Part shown: positions 11,071 to 20,368 of the stretch, one piece after another
Numbering within the stretch: position 1 is the first letter of the stretch
Layout: every line of letters starts with the position of its first letter
Source: an uncultured Chloroflexia bacterium
Lineage (GTDB): Bacteria > Chloroflexota > Anaerolineae > CG2-30-64-16
Length of the DNA stretch: 64,000 bases
NCBI GenBank assembly: GCA_963774265.1
Contig: CAVZDU010000003.1
Location: 64,001-128,000 of the forward strand
Direction of reading: 5' to 3'
The notes under the pieces: model-generated
Seen by the model: only the letters and a program-made list of their open reading frames with translations
The model's database searches: none
What the model was told of the DNA's origin: nothing
Position numbers and translations under genes: made by a program

Positions 11071-11119
11071 TCCGCTGTTTGCGCCAATTGCGAGCAGCGT
11101 GGCGATCTAGCCTGCCAGC
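11071..11119. repeat. 49-bp hairpin-containing repeat, copy 1
   Basis: 46/49 identical to 16302-16350. Confidence 0.85.
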
Positions 11120-11757
11120 CGCGGCGTCGACTTTCCTCTAAGAAACAAGGTCAACACAAGCCCTGCGATGAATCCGCCGATGTGCGCTATGTAGGCGACG
11201 CCACCCGTCTGCGCTGTGTTGGCAACGGAACCGATGCCGCTGAAAAACTGCAGAACGATCCAGAGCCCAATGACCACCAGTGCAGGCATTGGAATCACGC
11301 GTGTACCCATCAACACGTTGACTGCTCCCTTCGGAAACAGGAAGAGATAAGCGCCGAGCACGCCGGCAATCGCTCCCGAGGCTCCCAGATTCGGCACATT
11401 TGATCCCGCGCTAAAAGCCAACTGGGCGAAAGTGGCTGCAATACCACAGAGTAGGTAGAAAATGATGAACTTGAGATGCCCGAAACGGTCTTCTACGTTG
11501 TCGCCGAAGATCCATAAGTAGAGCATGTTGCCTCCCAGGTGAACCCACCCGGCGTGCATGAACATGGACGTGAAGATGGTCAAAAAATCAGCGCCGGGAT
11601 TGGCAAGGAAGCGGCCGGGGACAAAGGCCCACTTCTCGATGAAAGCGTCACCACCACTCAACTCCACAAAGAAGAACAGGACATTTAGAGCGATCAAGAC
11701 ATAGGTGACCACCGGGAAAGTTCTGCGAGCGCTATCATCATCACCGATCGGGAACAC
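11107..11757 (-). CDS. Rhomboid-family intramembrane serine protease
   Basis: FMHAGWVHLGGNMLYLWIFGDNVED, GASGAIAG, AHIGGF. Confidence 0.93.
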   Translation of the reverse strand: MFPIGDDDSARRTFPVVTYVLIALNVLFFFVELSGGDAFIEKWAFVPGRFLANPGADFLTIFTSMFMHAGWVHLGGNMLYLWIFGDNVEDRFGHLKFIIFYLLCGIAATFAQLAFSAGSNVPNLGASGAIAGVLGAYLFLFPKGAVNVLMGTRVIPMPALVVIGLWIVLQFFSGIGSVANTAQTGGVAYIAHIGGFIAGLVLTLFLRGKSTPRLAG

Positions 11758-11915
11758 AGGATTTGCCTCTTTCTACTTTGCGCATGGCTTCGTCTGAGCT
11801 AAGCTGCGTTGGTTTTCTCATAGGACGCCCCTCATACTCCTCCAGGTTGATCTAGTGAGCAGTAAACGATGAGGCCAACCAGCCCCTGGGAACGGCCAAG
11901 CCTCTACGCGCTGCC

Positions 11916-12362
11916 TCACGGGTTCACGAGTTTACGATATGCCACATACCCATCAGATAGCATATCTGCGGAAGAAGCATCACCGCGAGCAAGCAAAGTG
12001 ACGAGCTCATCACGCTGGGCAAACAGCGGCTGTACTCCCTCTATTTGTGCCTGCGACAGGGCCGAATCAACCCCTGCGTCGGCTTCTGCCTGCAAGGAAG
12101 TGAAGAAGTCACTCGCCGCTTGACGGGCTGGCTCATAATCGCCCCGCCGCGCCTCAATTACTGCCGATGCCAGGCTATTCAGTATCCTCGCCAGCCTCAG
12201 TTGGCGCTTTGCCTCAGGAAAACCAATGGAGCATTCCTGAAATTTGAGCCACGTGGGGACGAAGCCGAGCAGGAAGGCGAGGAGCAGCTGGGTAACATAG
12301 AGGATGAAGCGCCGTATCCGGTGAGTGGTCTTGACCGGTTTGGATTGCATGTTTTCGCTCAT
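11916..12362 (-). CDS. Hypothetical protein, one N-terminal TM and helical C-terminus
   Basis: ORF with AAGGAG RBS; no recognised domain. Confidence 0.6.
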   Translation of the reverse strand: MSENMQSKPVKTTHRIRRFILYVTQLLLAFLLGFVPTWLKFQECSIGFPEAKRQLRLARILNSLASAVIEARRGDYEPARQAASDFFTSLQAEADAGVDSALSQAQIEGVQPLFAQRDELVTLLARGDASSADMLSDGYVAYRKLVNP

Positions 12363-12515
12363 AGACAACTCCTTAGCGTGGCTCCCATCAGGTGGCGGCA
12401 AACGCGATCAGACCCGTCTAAGCGGGACGCTGAGTGAAAGGCCGTCAGCGCCCCGCTGCCCGGAAGATGAACTTGAAAATCGCCAGCAGCAGGTCTTTGT
12501 TCAGCGTTTCTGCCT

Positions 12516-13051
12516 TCAAACCACCAGGCGATTGAAGAAGGAGCGGTAGCGCTGCAAGGCCTTGCGGAGATCTTCAGTAGAGACATCATTGCCCTGATTC
12601 CACTGGCTCGTCCAGCGAGCTATGTTCGTTGGCAAACATCTGGGTGATTTGCTCGACCACCTCAGATACCAGCGCATCCGCCTGCTGGACAGCAGAGCGC
12701 GGTTCATCCACAAACTTGCCCTGGATCTCATTCCAGCGCGTGCGAAAATGCTCTGATTCCTCGCGGTTAAGCAGAGCCGCCGATGATCCGGCATTCGTGC
12801 CGACAGGGGCTTCGTGGGTAATCGCTCGGCCATTGGGGCTGTAGGACCTCGTTGGACTGGACAATCGTCTCGTCCATCGGGCCAACGGCAGCAACGGTCT
12901 CGCCCATCGGCGCCTCGTGGATAGGCGCCGCTTCCACTGGGACTTCATCGGCAAGAGGATCCGAATTTGCTACCGGGCTGTTCGTGTCCTTTTCGGTTCT
13001 CTCAACGATACTCCAGGGAATGGAACGTTCTCCAGTATTCTGTTCATTCAT
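12516..13051 (-). CDS. Conserved hypothetical protein (frameshifted), paralogous to 13048-13611
   Basis: WNEIQGKFVDEPRSAVQQADALV and TEDLRKALQRYRSFFNRL in adjacent frames. Confidence 0.7.
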
Positions 13052-13611
13052 GTCTGTTTCTCCTTTACAACGACTGGCTCTGTTCCGAGAAGTTCCTCGA
13101 ACAGAGAACGGTAATAAATCATTGCCTGCCTTAATTCTTCAGTGTCTGCCTGGTGCTGCTCGTTCTTGATCGCGATCTCCCGCGCGGCGCGGTAATTGCT
13201 CACCAAAGCAGGATAATTGACCGAGATATCGGCCGCCCGCTGCTCAAAATCAGATACTGGATAGGCACGCGTCTGCATGACTTGCATGATCAGGCGGTCG
13301 GCATCTACGATCGCCTGTCCCGGTTCGTCGACAAACTTGGATTGGACAGCAGTCCAATCAGCCAGATAACGCTCGCGCTCGCTTACAGAAAGTGGACGAA
13401 TATCCAAAGCCTCAACATGCTTCCGCCGTTCTTCCAGCTCTGTTTGTGCTTTCTTCTCGCCACCCATGGCCTGCACAGTGCGATCATACTCAGGTCCCAA
13501 CTGATCATGGAGCCGCCTCGAACGCCTACGGCGAACAAGGATCAGGCCTATCAGGGCCGCTATTGCCACTAATACCAGAACAAGGACGGCAGTCATCTCT
13601 GTATTATTCAC
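13048..13611 (-). CDS. Conserved hypothetical membrane-anchored protein
   Basis: N-terminal TM + RRRRSRR; WTAVQSKFVDEP; TEELRQAMIYYRSLFEELL. Confidence 0.8.
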   Translation of the reverse strand: MNNTEMTAVLVLVLVAIAALIGLILVRRRRSRRLHDQLGPEYDRTVQAMGGEKKAQTELEERRKHVEALDIRPLSVSERERYLADWTAVQSKFVDEPGQAIVDADRLIMQVMQTRAYPVSDFEQRAADISVNYPALVSNYRAAREIAIKNEQHQADTEELRQAMIYYRSLFEELLGTEPVVVKEKQT

Positions 13612-13765
13612 AAGACACCTCCTGGTGTTTGGGAATCACGAGTCCTGCGTGTTTGTACGACTTACTGCACTTCAGGATGCTGGCATGCCGGCATCCCGGA
13701 TGGCGCCAGACATTCGGCCCGCCCAGACACGAATGCGTGATCCGATTGTGGGCGGGCCTTAGTCT

Positions 13766-13969
13766 CTATCCCGTGACCTCTTTTAGCCGACGATCGAATT
13801 CCTGTTCGGCTTTCTCACGGGTATAGCCGTACTTCTGCTGGAGCAGGCCGATGAGTTGATCGGCTTTGCCCCCCGCCTTGTCCAGGTCGTCGTCGGTGAG
13901 CTCGCCCCACCACCCTCTGACCTGGCCTTGCATTTCCTTCCATTTGCCTTCGAATATGTCCCTGTTCAT
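13766..13969 (-). CDS. csbD: CsbD/YjbJ-family stress protein
   Basis: GKWKEMQGQVRGWWGELTDDDL..GLLQQKYGY. Confidence 0.92.
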   Translation of the reverse strand: MNRDIFEGKWKEMQGQVRGWWGELTDDDLDKAGGKADQLIGLLQQKYGYTREKAEQEFDRRLKEVTG

Positions 13970-14026
13970 CGTGTAACCCTCCTCTTTCCTTCAATCTGAA
14001 ACCTGGAAGACCGCTCTGCCTTCCAT

Positions 14027-14797
14027 TCATAGCCTAGCAGAAGGACGCGGCCCGGCCGAGCTTATCCACACGCCAAAGCCAAATAACGAGGCCCCCAGCA
14101 CCAGCAAGAGCAGAGATTCTACCCAGACACTCTGTAGGGTGGTCCCGCCTGTGGTGGGCAAGGTGGCGGGTGCCTTCGGCACGTCGAGATGCGAGATCAA
14201 GGTCTGCTCGCTCGTGCCGCTGGCTGGATTGAAGACCATGCCGTCCACCGGGATGAAGGTAACGCTCTGGCTCGACGTATTCACAATCATGAGGTCGGCT
14301 GTCCCAGTGTAGGGCAGCAATTGTGAGTGTACGGTATCGCTGATCGGCCTGAAGTTCTCGAACGTGACCTTGACGCTGCCCTGGGAGATCGCCGATTCTA
14401 GTGTGTTAGTGGGCACTGACGTAACTGTGAGCTTGAGCGAGTCACTGTAGATCTGTTGAGCCAGGATGTGCCCTATGCCTGCGTCATCGTGGAAAATCCC
14501 ATCGACGGCTCGCCAGATGGCCAGTTGAGTCTGATAGGGATCCGATTCGGTCGCGCCTCGTGCGAGGGCGGCTTGCAGCGCCAGAAGCGCCGCGTCCGGC
14601 GGGCGGCTGACGGGGCCGGCAATGGCTGCGGGGAAGGGTTTGCCAAAATCAAGACACCACAGTCTTATGGGAATGCGTACCGTATCACCCGGTGCGACGG
14701 TGATGCTCAAGTCCTTGGCTGCTGCCGCGTTGGCAACTACGCCGAATCCGACCAGCGAGATCAAGACGATTACACACAGGATCAAGCCACGTTTCAC
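14027..14797 (-). CDS. Secreted LPxTG (sortase-type) surface protein
   Basis: Signal peptide; WCLDFGKPFP, TQLAIW; C-terminal LPTTG + TM. Confidence 0.72.
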   Translation of the reverse strand: MKRGLILCVIVLISLVGFGVVANAAAAKDLSITVAPGDTVRIPIRLWCLDFGKPFPAAIAGPVSRPPDAALLALQAALARGATESDPYQTQLAIWRAVDGIFHDDAGIGHILAQQIYSDSLKLTVTSVPTNTLESAISQGSVKVTFENFRPISDTVHSQLLPYTGTADLMIVNTSSQSVTFIPVDGMVFNPASGTSEQTLISHLDVPKAPATLPTTGGTTLQSVWVESLLLLVLGASLFGFGVWISSAGPRPSARL

Positions 14798-14843
14798 TTC
14801 CTCATCTCCTAACTTATGACTATGGATCGGCTTCAGATACGAC

Positions 14844-15332
14844 CTACTTTATTTTCGTATCGATTTGGCTCGATGTTGTGCGCACGCCGCGCCACGTGTC
14901 ACCCGTTACCAGCCCCACCAACTTGACTAGCACCCAGGCGATCAGGGCGTAGACGAGAATCGCCACCAGGGGACTCACATCGAACACGCCACCCCCAAAG
15001 CGCCCCGTCCCAAACAGCCCCACGAACGGAGCGAGAAACGGTTTCGTGATGCTATAGATGAACTGCGCAAAACCTGCGTCTGTGTTGGCGCCGAGCAAGG
15101 GCAAGATGAAACGGATGGCGAGCAACCCCTCCAGAATTCCGAACAACAGATAAATGCCATTTTGGACTCTGAGGGTTCCCTCGCGCCGCACAGCATACGG
15201 ATCGCTGGTAAAGGTCTCCGTCTGGTGCGCCGTCGTATGGGCAGGGTCACTCGTGCTTACATCCACAGTCCTAACGTCCGCACGGTTGGGATTCATGACC
15301 CCGGTATACTCTTCGCGTCGTTCGATTGTCAT
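14844..15332 (-). CDS. YggT-family membrane protein, copy 2
   Basis: Paralog of 8788-9276. Confidence 0.82.
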   Translation of the reverse strand: MTIERREEYTGVMNPNRADVRTVDVSTSDPAHTTAHQTETFTSDPYAVRREGTLRVQNGIYLLFGILEGLLAIRFILPLLGANTDAGFAQFIYSITKPFLAPFVGLFGTGRFGGGVFDVSPLVAILVYALIAWVLVKLVGLVTGDTWRGVRTTSSQIDTKIK

Positions 15333-15377
15333 AGTGTTGTGCTCTCCGATCAAGTAGATCTCAACTGCGCGTTCTGG

Positions 15378-15638
15378 CTATAATCTGCGACCGGAAACGG
15401 CCCGCAGGAGTGCGATCAGGATCACCGCGCCGATGAAGGCCACGAGGATGCTGGTGACGTTGATGCCGTTTACGGCATTCGGGATCTTCAGCAACGTTGC
15501 GGCCAGGAAGCCGCCGATCATGGCGCCCACCGCGCCCACGATGATGTCACCGATGAGGCCATAGCCGCCACCGCGCATCACCTGGTTGGCCAAGAAGCCA
15601 GCGATCAACCCAACGACGAGCCATGCAAGAAGACCCAT
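15378..15638 (-). CDS. GlsB/YeaQ/YmgE stress membrane protein, copy 2
   Basis: MGLLAWLVVGLIAGFLA..DIIVGAVGAMIGGFL. Confidence 0.92.
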   Translation of the reverse strand: MGLLAWLVVGLIAGFLANQVMRGGGYGLIGDIIVGAVGAMIGGFLAATLLKIPNAVNGINVTSILVAFIGAVILIALLRAVSGRRL

Positions 15639-15715
15639 TGTTCCACCCTTCCCTTTCCTGAGAGACGGCTCTTCCCGTCGACAACCTGGAAGATCGCTCT
15701 TCCTTCTCTATTCAA

Positions 15716-15827
15716 AGCATAGCAGAAGCGGGCGGCTCCGTCGTCAGCGTAAACGCTGGGTCTGACATAGCAAAAGGGCCGCTCAGAGAGCGGCCCTTGC
15801 ACCTTTTAATGCATGATGTTTGGTGTA
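15716..15827 (-). repeat. Conserved intergenic element, copy C
   Basis: Minus strand AAGGGCCGCTC-TCT-GAGCGGCCCTTTT followed by TGCTATGCT. Confidence 0.8.
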
Positions 15828-16072
15828 TCTACCGCTTCTTAGTCCGCCTTGCAGCGGTGGGGGTACGCAGAAAACGGTCCAAGCAGTGGATCACCAGTGC
15901 TGACCCGGCGTGATCTCACCCAACGGCACGGCCTGAACCACATGGGGCATCCCGTCAAGGTTCTTGCCCGCAGCTCACTCTCCCGGTCGGCAGAAGAGCG
16001 AGGGCCAGGGGGTAACAGAATTGCCGCGCCGAGAGTTGGGCGGCACTCGGTGGCTGCAACCCCCTTAGAGTG

Positions 16073-16261
16073 TTATAGGCCTTCCAAGAGGTTGCCCAAC
16101 GCCAGGAGTACGAAGCCCGCAACGACGAACCACAACGCGTATCCCGCCAGGGATGCGATGGGCGCCACTTCCGCGAGCACGCCGATAAGCGCGAGCAGGA
16201 CCGCGATCCAGAATGTAGCCACCTTGGGTGGATTGAGCCTAAGTGCCCCTCTTCTTGCCAT
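16073..16261 (-). CDS. Small two-TM membrane protein
   Basis: LNPPKVATFWIAVLLALIG..LGNLLEGL; GGAGG RBS. Confidence 0.65.
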   Translation of the reverse strand: MARRGALRLNPPKVATFWIAVLLALIGVLAEVAPIASLAGYALWFVVAGFVLLALGNLLEGL

Positions 16262-16301
16262 AATCTGCCTCCGTAAAGCAAATGATGAGATAATCACCCA
16301 T

Positions 16302-16350
16302 TCCGCTGTTTGCGCTAATTGCGAGCAGCGTGACGATCTAGCCTGTCAGC
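16302..16350. repeat. 49-bp hairpin-containing repeat, copy 2
   Basis: 46/49 identical to 11071-11119. Confidence 0.85.
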
Positions 16351-16355
16351 AACAC

Positions 16356-17731
16356 TCAGAATTGAGCGGCGGCCCAGCGCACCGCTTCAGCCATCGTCGG
16401 ATACGGCAGCATCGCTTCAGCGATCATCTTAACCGTCAGGCCGAAGCGCATCGCGTAAACTACGGGCGCAATCAGATCGCCCGCGTTCGCGCCGAGGATA
16501 TGCCCGCCGAGTATTTTGCCATCCGCATCCGCCAGGAGTTTTACGCTGCCGAAGGTCTGATTGTTGGCGATCGCGCGATCGAGTTTGTTGAAATATGCGC
16601 GCCCCACGCGGTACTCGATCTTTGCCTCTTGCAAGTCTGCCTCCGACAAGCCGACCCGGGCGAGTTCGGGATCGGTGAATGTCACCCAGGGGATGACGCG
16701 ATCGTCGAACGCTTGCGGCTTGCGGGCAAACACGTTGTGCGCGACCAGTTTGCCTTGATCGGACGCGACATGGGTGAATTGATATTGGCTGGTAATGTCG
16801 CCGGCGGCCCAGATGTGCGGCACGTTCGTGCGCAAGGTCGCGTCGGTCGGAATGCCTTCTTCGGTATATTGAACACCGGCCGCCTCAAGATTGAGCGCGT
16901 CCAATGCGGGTCGCCGCCCCACCGCCACCAATAGCTGATCGGTTACCAGGTCCTCGTCCTTGCCCTCTTGGCAGTGGACGTGGATGTGTTTGCCGTGCTC
17001 ATCGATTTCGCCGCAGCGCATCTCGGCGCCAAATTCCAGCCGGATGCCTTCAGCGGTAAGCTGCGAACATAGCGCCATCGCCAGCTCGTGATCTTCGCGC
17101 GGCAAGGGCTGCTTGCCACGCTCGAGCACCACCACCTGCACGCCGAAGCGGCTGAACATCTGCGCGAACTCCAGGCCAATTGGACCACCGCCAATCACCA
17201 CCAGGCGCTTCGGTAGTTCGGGCAACGACACGGCTTCCACGTTGGTGATGTAGCCAGCCTCTGACAGCCCCTCAATGTCCGGAATGAAGGGAACTGTGCC
17301 CGTCGCGATGACGAATCGCTTCGCCGCGCAATGTCTCGCCGTTCACGCGGATCTCGTGCGGTGAGCTGAACATCGCTTCGCCCATGAACAGGTCAATGCC
17401 TTGCGCCGCGATGCCCGCGCGGGCCTGTTCGGGCGTGCCGCCGCGAATGGTTTCCTGCACCTGCCGCACATGCGCCTGTACCGCCGCCCAATCGGCTTCG
17501 GCTTGTGGGATGCGCAAACCCAGCGCGGAGGCGTGCCGTGCATGGTAAAGCATGTGTGCTGTGTGCAAAAGTGTTTTGGTTGGATCGCAGCCATAATTAA
17601 GACAGGTGCCGCCAAGTTTGTCGCGCTCAATCAACGCGACACGCTTGCCCATACCTTGCCGCGGTGGTGGCCGCAGTGCTGCCCGCGCCGCCTGCGCCGA
17701 TCACAATCAAGTCATATTCTTTTTCGGCCAT
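16356..17731 (-). CDS. Class I pyridine nucleotide-disulfide oxidoreductase (LpdA/MerA-like; frameshifted)
   Basis: YDLIVIGAG, GGTCLNYGCDP, GGGPIGLE, WAAGD, LPYPTMAE. Confidence 0.88.
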
Positions 17732-17826
17732 CGATTCCTCCACTTGTAAGCGGCTACTGCGACGACGGTCATCGGCTTTGTGATCCAGGGGATTGCCAGC
17801 CTTCTGGCTGGTGCCGTGTTCTGTGA

Positions 17827-18501
17827 CTATCCTCCCAGCGTGACATCCTGCGACTCATACCAGCGCAACGCATTGAAGAAGTGCTCCGGCTTGAAATCCG
17901 GCCAGAGGTCATCGATGATGTAGAAATCCGCGTATACTGCCTGCACGGGCAACAGACCGCTCAGCCTTCTGCGGCCTCCCCACCTCACCACAAGGTCAAT
18001 TCTCGAGACTTCCGACGAACCGATGCACTCCATAAATGACCTTCGCATGCCGCCGGTAGTGCCGCTCAGATTTATCGCAGCCTTGCTGAGGTCCCAGTGC
18101 CAATCGTAGTTCACAAGGAAATTGACTTTTAGAATGCCTTTGCCGAGTACCTGCCGGGTCCGATAGGGCTTCAGCTCGGGAGGAAAGAGAGGCGAGTCGT
18201 CATTTCCCACTACCAGTAGCGAAGCGTCCAGCTTGGAAAGCCCCTCTACAGCATCCACGCACGCCTGTTGAAATGCTGCAGTCTGTTCGGGAGGCCGCTT
18301 TGTGTTGTCGCTTGTGAACCCGTAGACGGTCAACTCCTCGATTCCGAGAGCTCGGCAAATGTCATAGAGCTGGAACCCGGGCTCCAGACCGGCGGCGTAA
18401 CCCTCTTCCTTGCGCAATCCTCTGTTTTGTGCCCATCTGCGGTTGCCATCAGGTATGAACGCCACGTGCCTCGGAATGCGTCTGAATGTCGGCAAATCCA
18501 C
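17827..18501 (-). CDS. Undecaprenyl diphosphate synthase (cis-prenyltransferase) family protein
   Basis: HVAFIPDGNRRWA, YGFTSDNTKRP, RWGGRRRLSGLLP, LWPDF. Confidence 0.85.
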   Translation of the reverse strand: MDLPTFRRIPRHVAFIPDGNRRWAQNRGLRKEEGYAAGLEPGFQLYDICRALGIEELTVYGFTSDNTKRPPEQTAAFQQACVDAVEGLSKLDASLLVVGNDDSPLFPPELKPYRTRQVLGKGILKVNFLVNYDWHWDLSKAAINLSGTTGGMRRSFMECIGSSEVSRIDLVVRWGGRRRLSGLLPVQAVYADFYIIDDLWPDFKPEHFFNALRWYESQDVTLGG

Positions 18502-18584
18502 GAGCGCTACCTCCCATTCTATACAGCCAACTTCGCTCCTCAAATCCCGAAACACACAAATCGTCCCGGCATCCAGTCGACTCT

Positions 18585-18977
18585 CTATTCCGTCGTTTTA
18601 CCGTCGAAGTGCTCGGTGTCCGCCTCCGCATCGGCGCGGGTATGGTGGACAACGCCGTCGCGATGATTCGGCGGCGCATAGATCGTATAGAGCTTCAGGG
18701 GAGCAGTGCCGGTATTGATGATGTTGTGATTCGTCCCAGCAGGGACGAGCACGGCAAAGCCCGCTTTGATCGCCGTGTGAACGCCATCGAGAACGGCCTC
18801 GCCAGTCCCTTCCTCCACGCGAAAGAACTGATCGAGCTTGTGCACTTCCGCCCCGATCTCCTCCTTGGGCTTCAATGCCATGACTACGAGCTGGCAGTTC
18901 TTGGCCGTGTAAAGCACCTGGCGGAAATCTTCATTCTTGACCGCGATGCCTTCAATGTTTTGTACAAAACCTTTCAT
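18585..18977 (-). CDS. Cupin-domain protein
   Basis: EIGAEVH..DQFFRVEEG, VPAGTNHNIIN, KLYTIYAPPNH. Confidence 0.9.
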   Translation of the reverse strand: MKGFVQNIEGIAVKNEDFRQVLYTAKNCQLVVMALKPKEEIGAEVHKLDQFFRVEEGTGEAVLDGVHTAIKAGFAVLVPAGTNHNIINTGTAPLKLYTIYAPPNHRDGVVHHTRADAEADTEHFDGKTTE

Positions 18978-19193
18978 GGTGACTCCTCTTCAAGATCAGG
19001 GAGAAAGCGCCCTGCCCGATGAGCAAGGCGATGACGCCGTACACCCCCACCGGGGGTGTCGGCCGGGACATCGGCGATGGCACCGGGTATCCCGGCCAGT
19101 GGCGCGTGAGCGCGGACAAGGCTGCAGGTGTACCGACCTTCGGATTAGTGAAACAGTGAACTGCCGAATGCAGATTGCAACGGTTCGTTCTGA

Positions 19194-19454
19194 CTAACGC
19201 CTACGGCCGGATACCAACCGCAGGAGCGCGATCAGGATCACCGCGCCGACAAAGGCCACAAGGATGCTGGTGACGTTGATGCCGTTCACTGCATCCGGCA
19301 TGTTCAGCAGATTCGCGGCGAGGAAGCCGCCGATCAAGGCGCCCACCACGCCCACGATGATGTCACCGATGAGGCCATAGCCGCCACCGCGCATCACCTG
19401 GCTGGCCAAGAAGCCAGCGATCAACCCAACGACAAGCCATGCGAGAATACCCAT
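19194..19454 (-). CDS. GlsB/YeaQ/YmgE stress membrane protein, copy 3
   Basis: Paralog of copies 1 and 2. Confidence 0.92.
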   Translation of the reverse strand: MGILAWLVVGLIAGFLASQVMRGGGYGLIGDIIVGVVGALIGGFLAANLLNMPDAVNGINVTSILVAFVGAVILIALLRLVSGRRR

Positions 19455-19530
19455 TGTTCCACCCTTCCTTTTCCTGAGAGACGGCTATCTCCGTCAACAA
19501 CCTGGAGGAATCGCATTTCCGTCCACTGGT

Positions 19531-19642
19531 AGCATAACAGAAGGGGGCGGCCCTGTCGTCAGTGCAAACGCTTGGTCCAATATAGCAAAAGGACCGCCTT
19601 TTGGGCGATCCTTGATGTTTTTGATGTGTGCTGTTTGGTGTA
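19531..19642 (-). repeat. Conserved intergenic element, copy D
   Basis: Minus strand AAGGATCGCCC-AAA-AGGCGGTCCTTTT followed by TGTTATGCT. Confidence 0.8.
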
Positions 19643-19675
19643 CAGCTTCCCCGAGGAGGTCGCAGTTTGTGGCTA

Positions 19676-20368
19676 CTACGCCTCCGCGCTCGCGGCATCC
19701 TCGCCCGTCAGCCCTTCCCGCACCGCATAGAGCGCGGCCTGGGTGCGGCTGGCGAGGTGCAGCTTGCCGAGGATGCGGCTCACATGTGTGCGCACGGTCG
19801 GCTCGCTGATCGCGATCCGGTCGGCAATTTCCCGATTACTCAGTCCCTGCGCAATCAGCCGCAGCACCGTCATCTCACGCTCAGTGAGCGCCTCAGGTGC
19901 GGGCTGTCGCTCGACCGGGCGCGCGATCTCCTGCAACAGCTTGCGGGCAACGGTCGGATGGAGCGATGGCTCGCCGCGATGCACCTGGCGGATGGCCCGC
20001 ACGAGCTCTTCAGGCGAGGAGTCCTTTAGCAGGTAACCCGAGGCCCCGGCTTTGATCGCGGGGAACACCTTGCTGTCCGCGGCAAAGCTGGTCAGCACGA
20101 GGATGCGTGACTTCGGCTGGCGGCCGGTGATCTGGCGCGTCGCTTCGATGCCGTCCATACCAGGCATCAGCAGGTCCATCAGGATGACGTCAGGGCGGGT
20201 CTCCTCCGCGCGCAGCAATGCTTCCTGCCCGTTACCGGCTTCCCCCACCACTTCGAAGCCACCGGCTTCAGAGAGCAGGGCGCGAATACCCTTGCGCACG
20301 ATGGCATGATCATCCACAATCAAAACACGAACACGCGTTTCTGAGGTTTGCCGGTTTTCATCTGTCAC
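19676..20368 (-). CDS. NarL/LuxR-family response regulator
   Basis: VLIVDDH, DVILMDL, YLLKD, LTERE HTH. Confidence 0.95.
   Translation of the reverse strand: MTDENRQTSETRVRVLIVDDHAIVRKGIRALLSEAGGFEVVGEAGNGQEALLRAEETRPDVILMDLLMPGMDGIEATRQITGRQPKSRILVLTSFAADSKVFPAIKAGASGYLLKDSSPEELVRAIRQVHRGEPSLHPTVARKLLQEIARPVERQPAPEALTEREMTVLRLIAQGLSNREIADRIAISEPTVRTHVSRILGKLHLASRTQAALYAVREGLTGEDAASAEA

Larger units (their letters stand above)
14844..15885. repeat. ~1.05-kb direct repeat (leader-glsB-yggT cassette), copy 2
   Basis: Near-identical to 8788-9831. Confidence 0.9.

Noticed and set aside
16356-17731. Mercuric reductase MerA
   Set aside because: No C-terminal Cys-Cys pair, no NmerA domain, no mer operon.
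19015-19100. GC-rich hairpins between glsB copy 3 and the cupin gene as a possible ncRNA
   Set aside because: Single copy, no recognisable family, and expected by chance at this GC content.
740-19642. Integron cassette array with the repeated element as attC
   Set aside because: Only copy A loosely shows RYYYAAC..GTTAG; the GTT core is absent in copies B-D, most genes lack the repeat, and no integrase is present.
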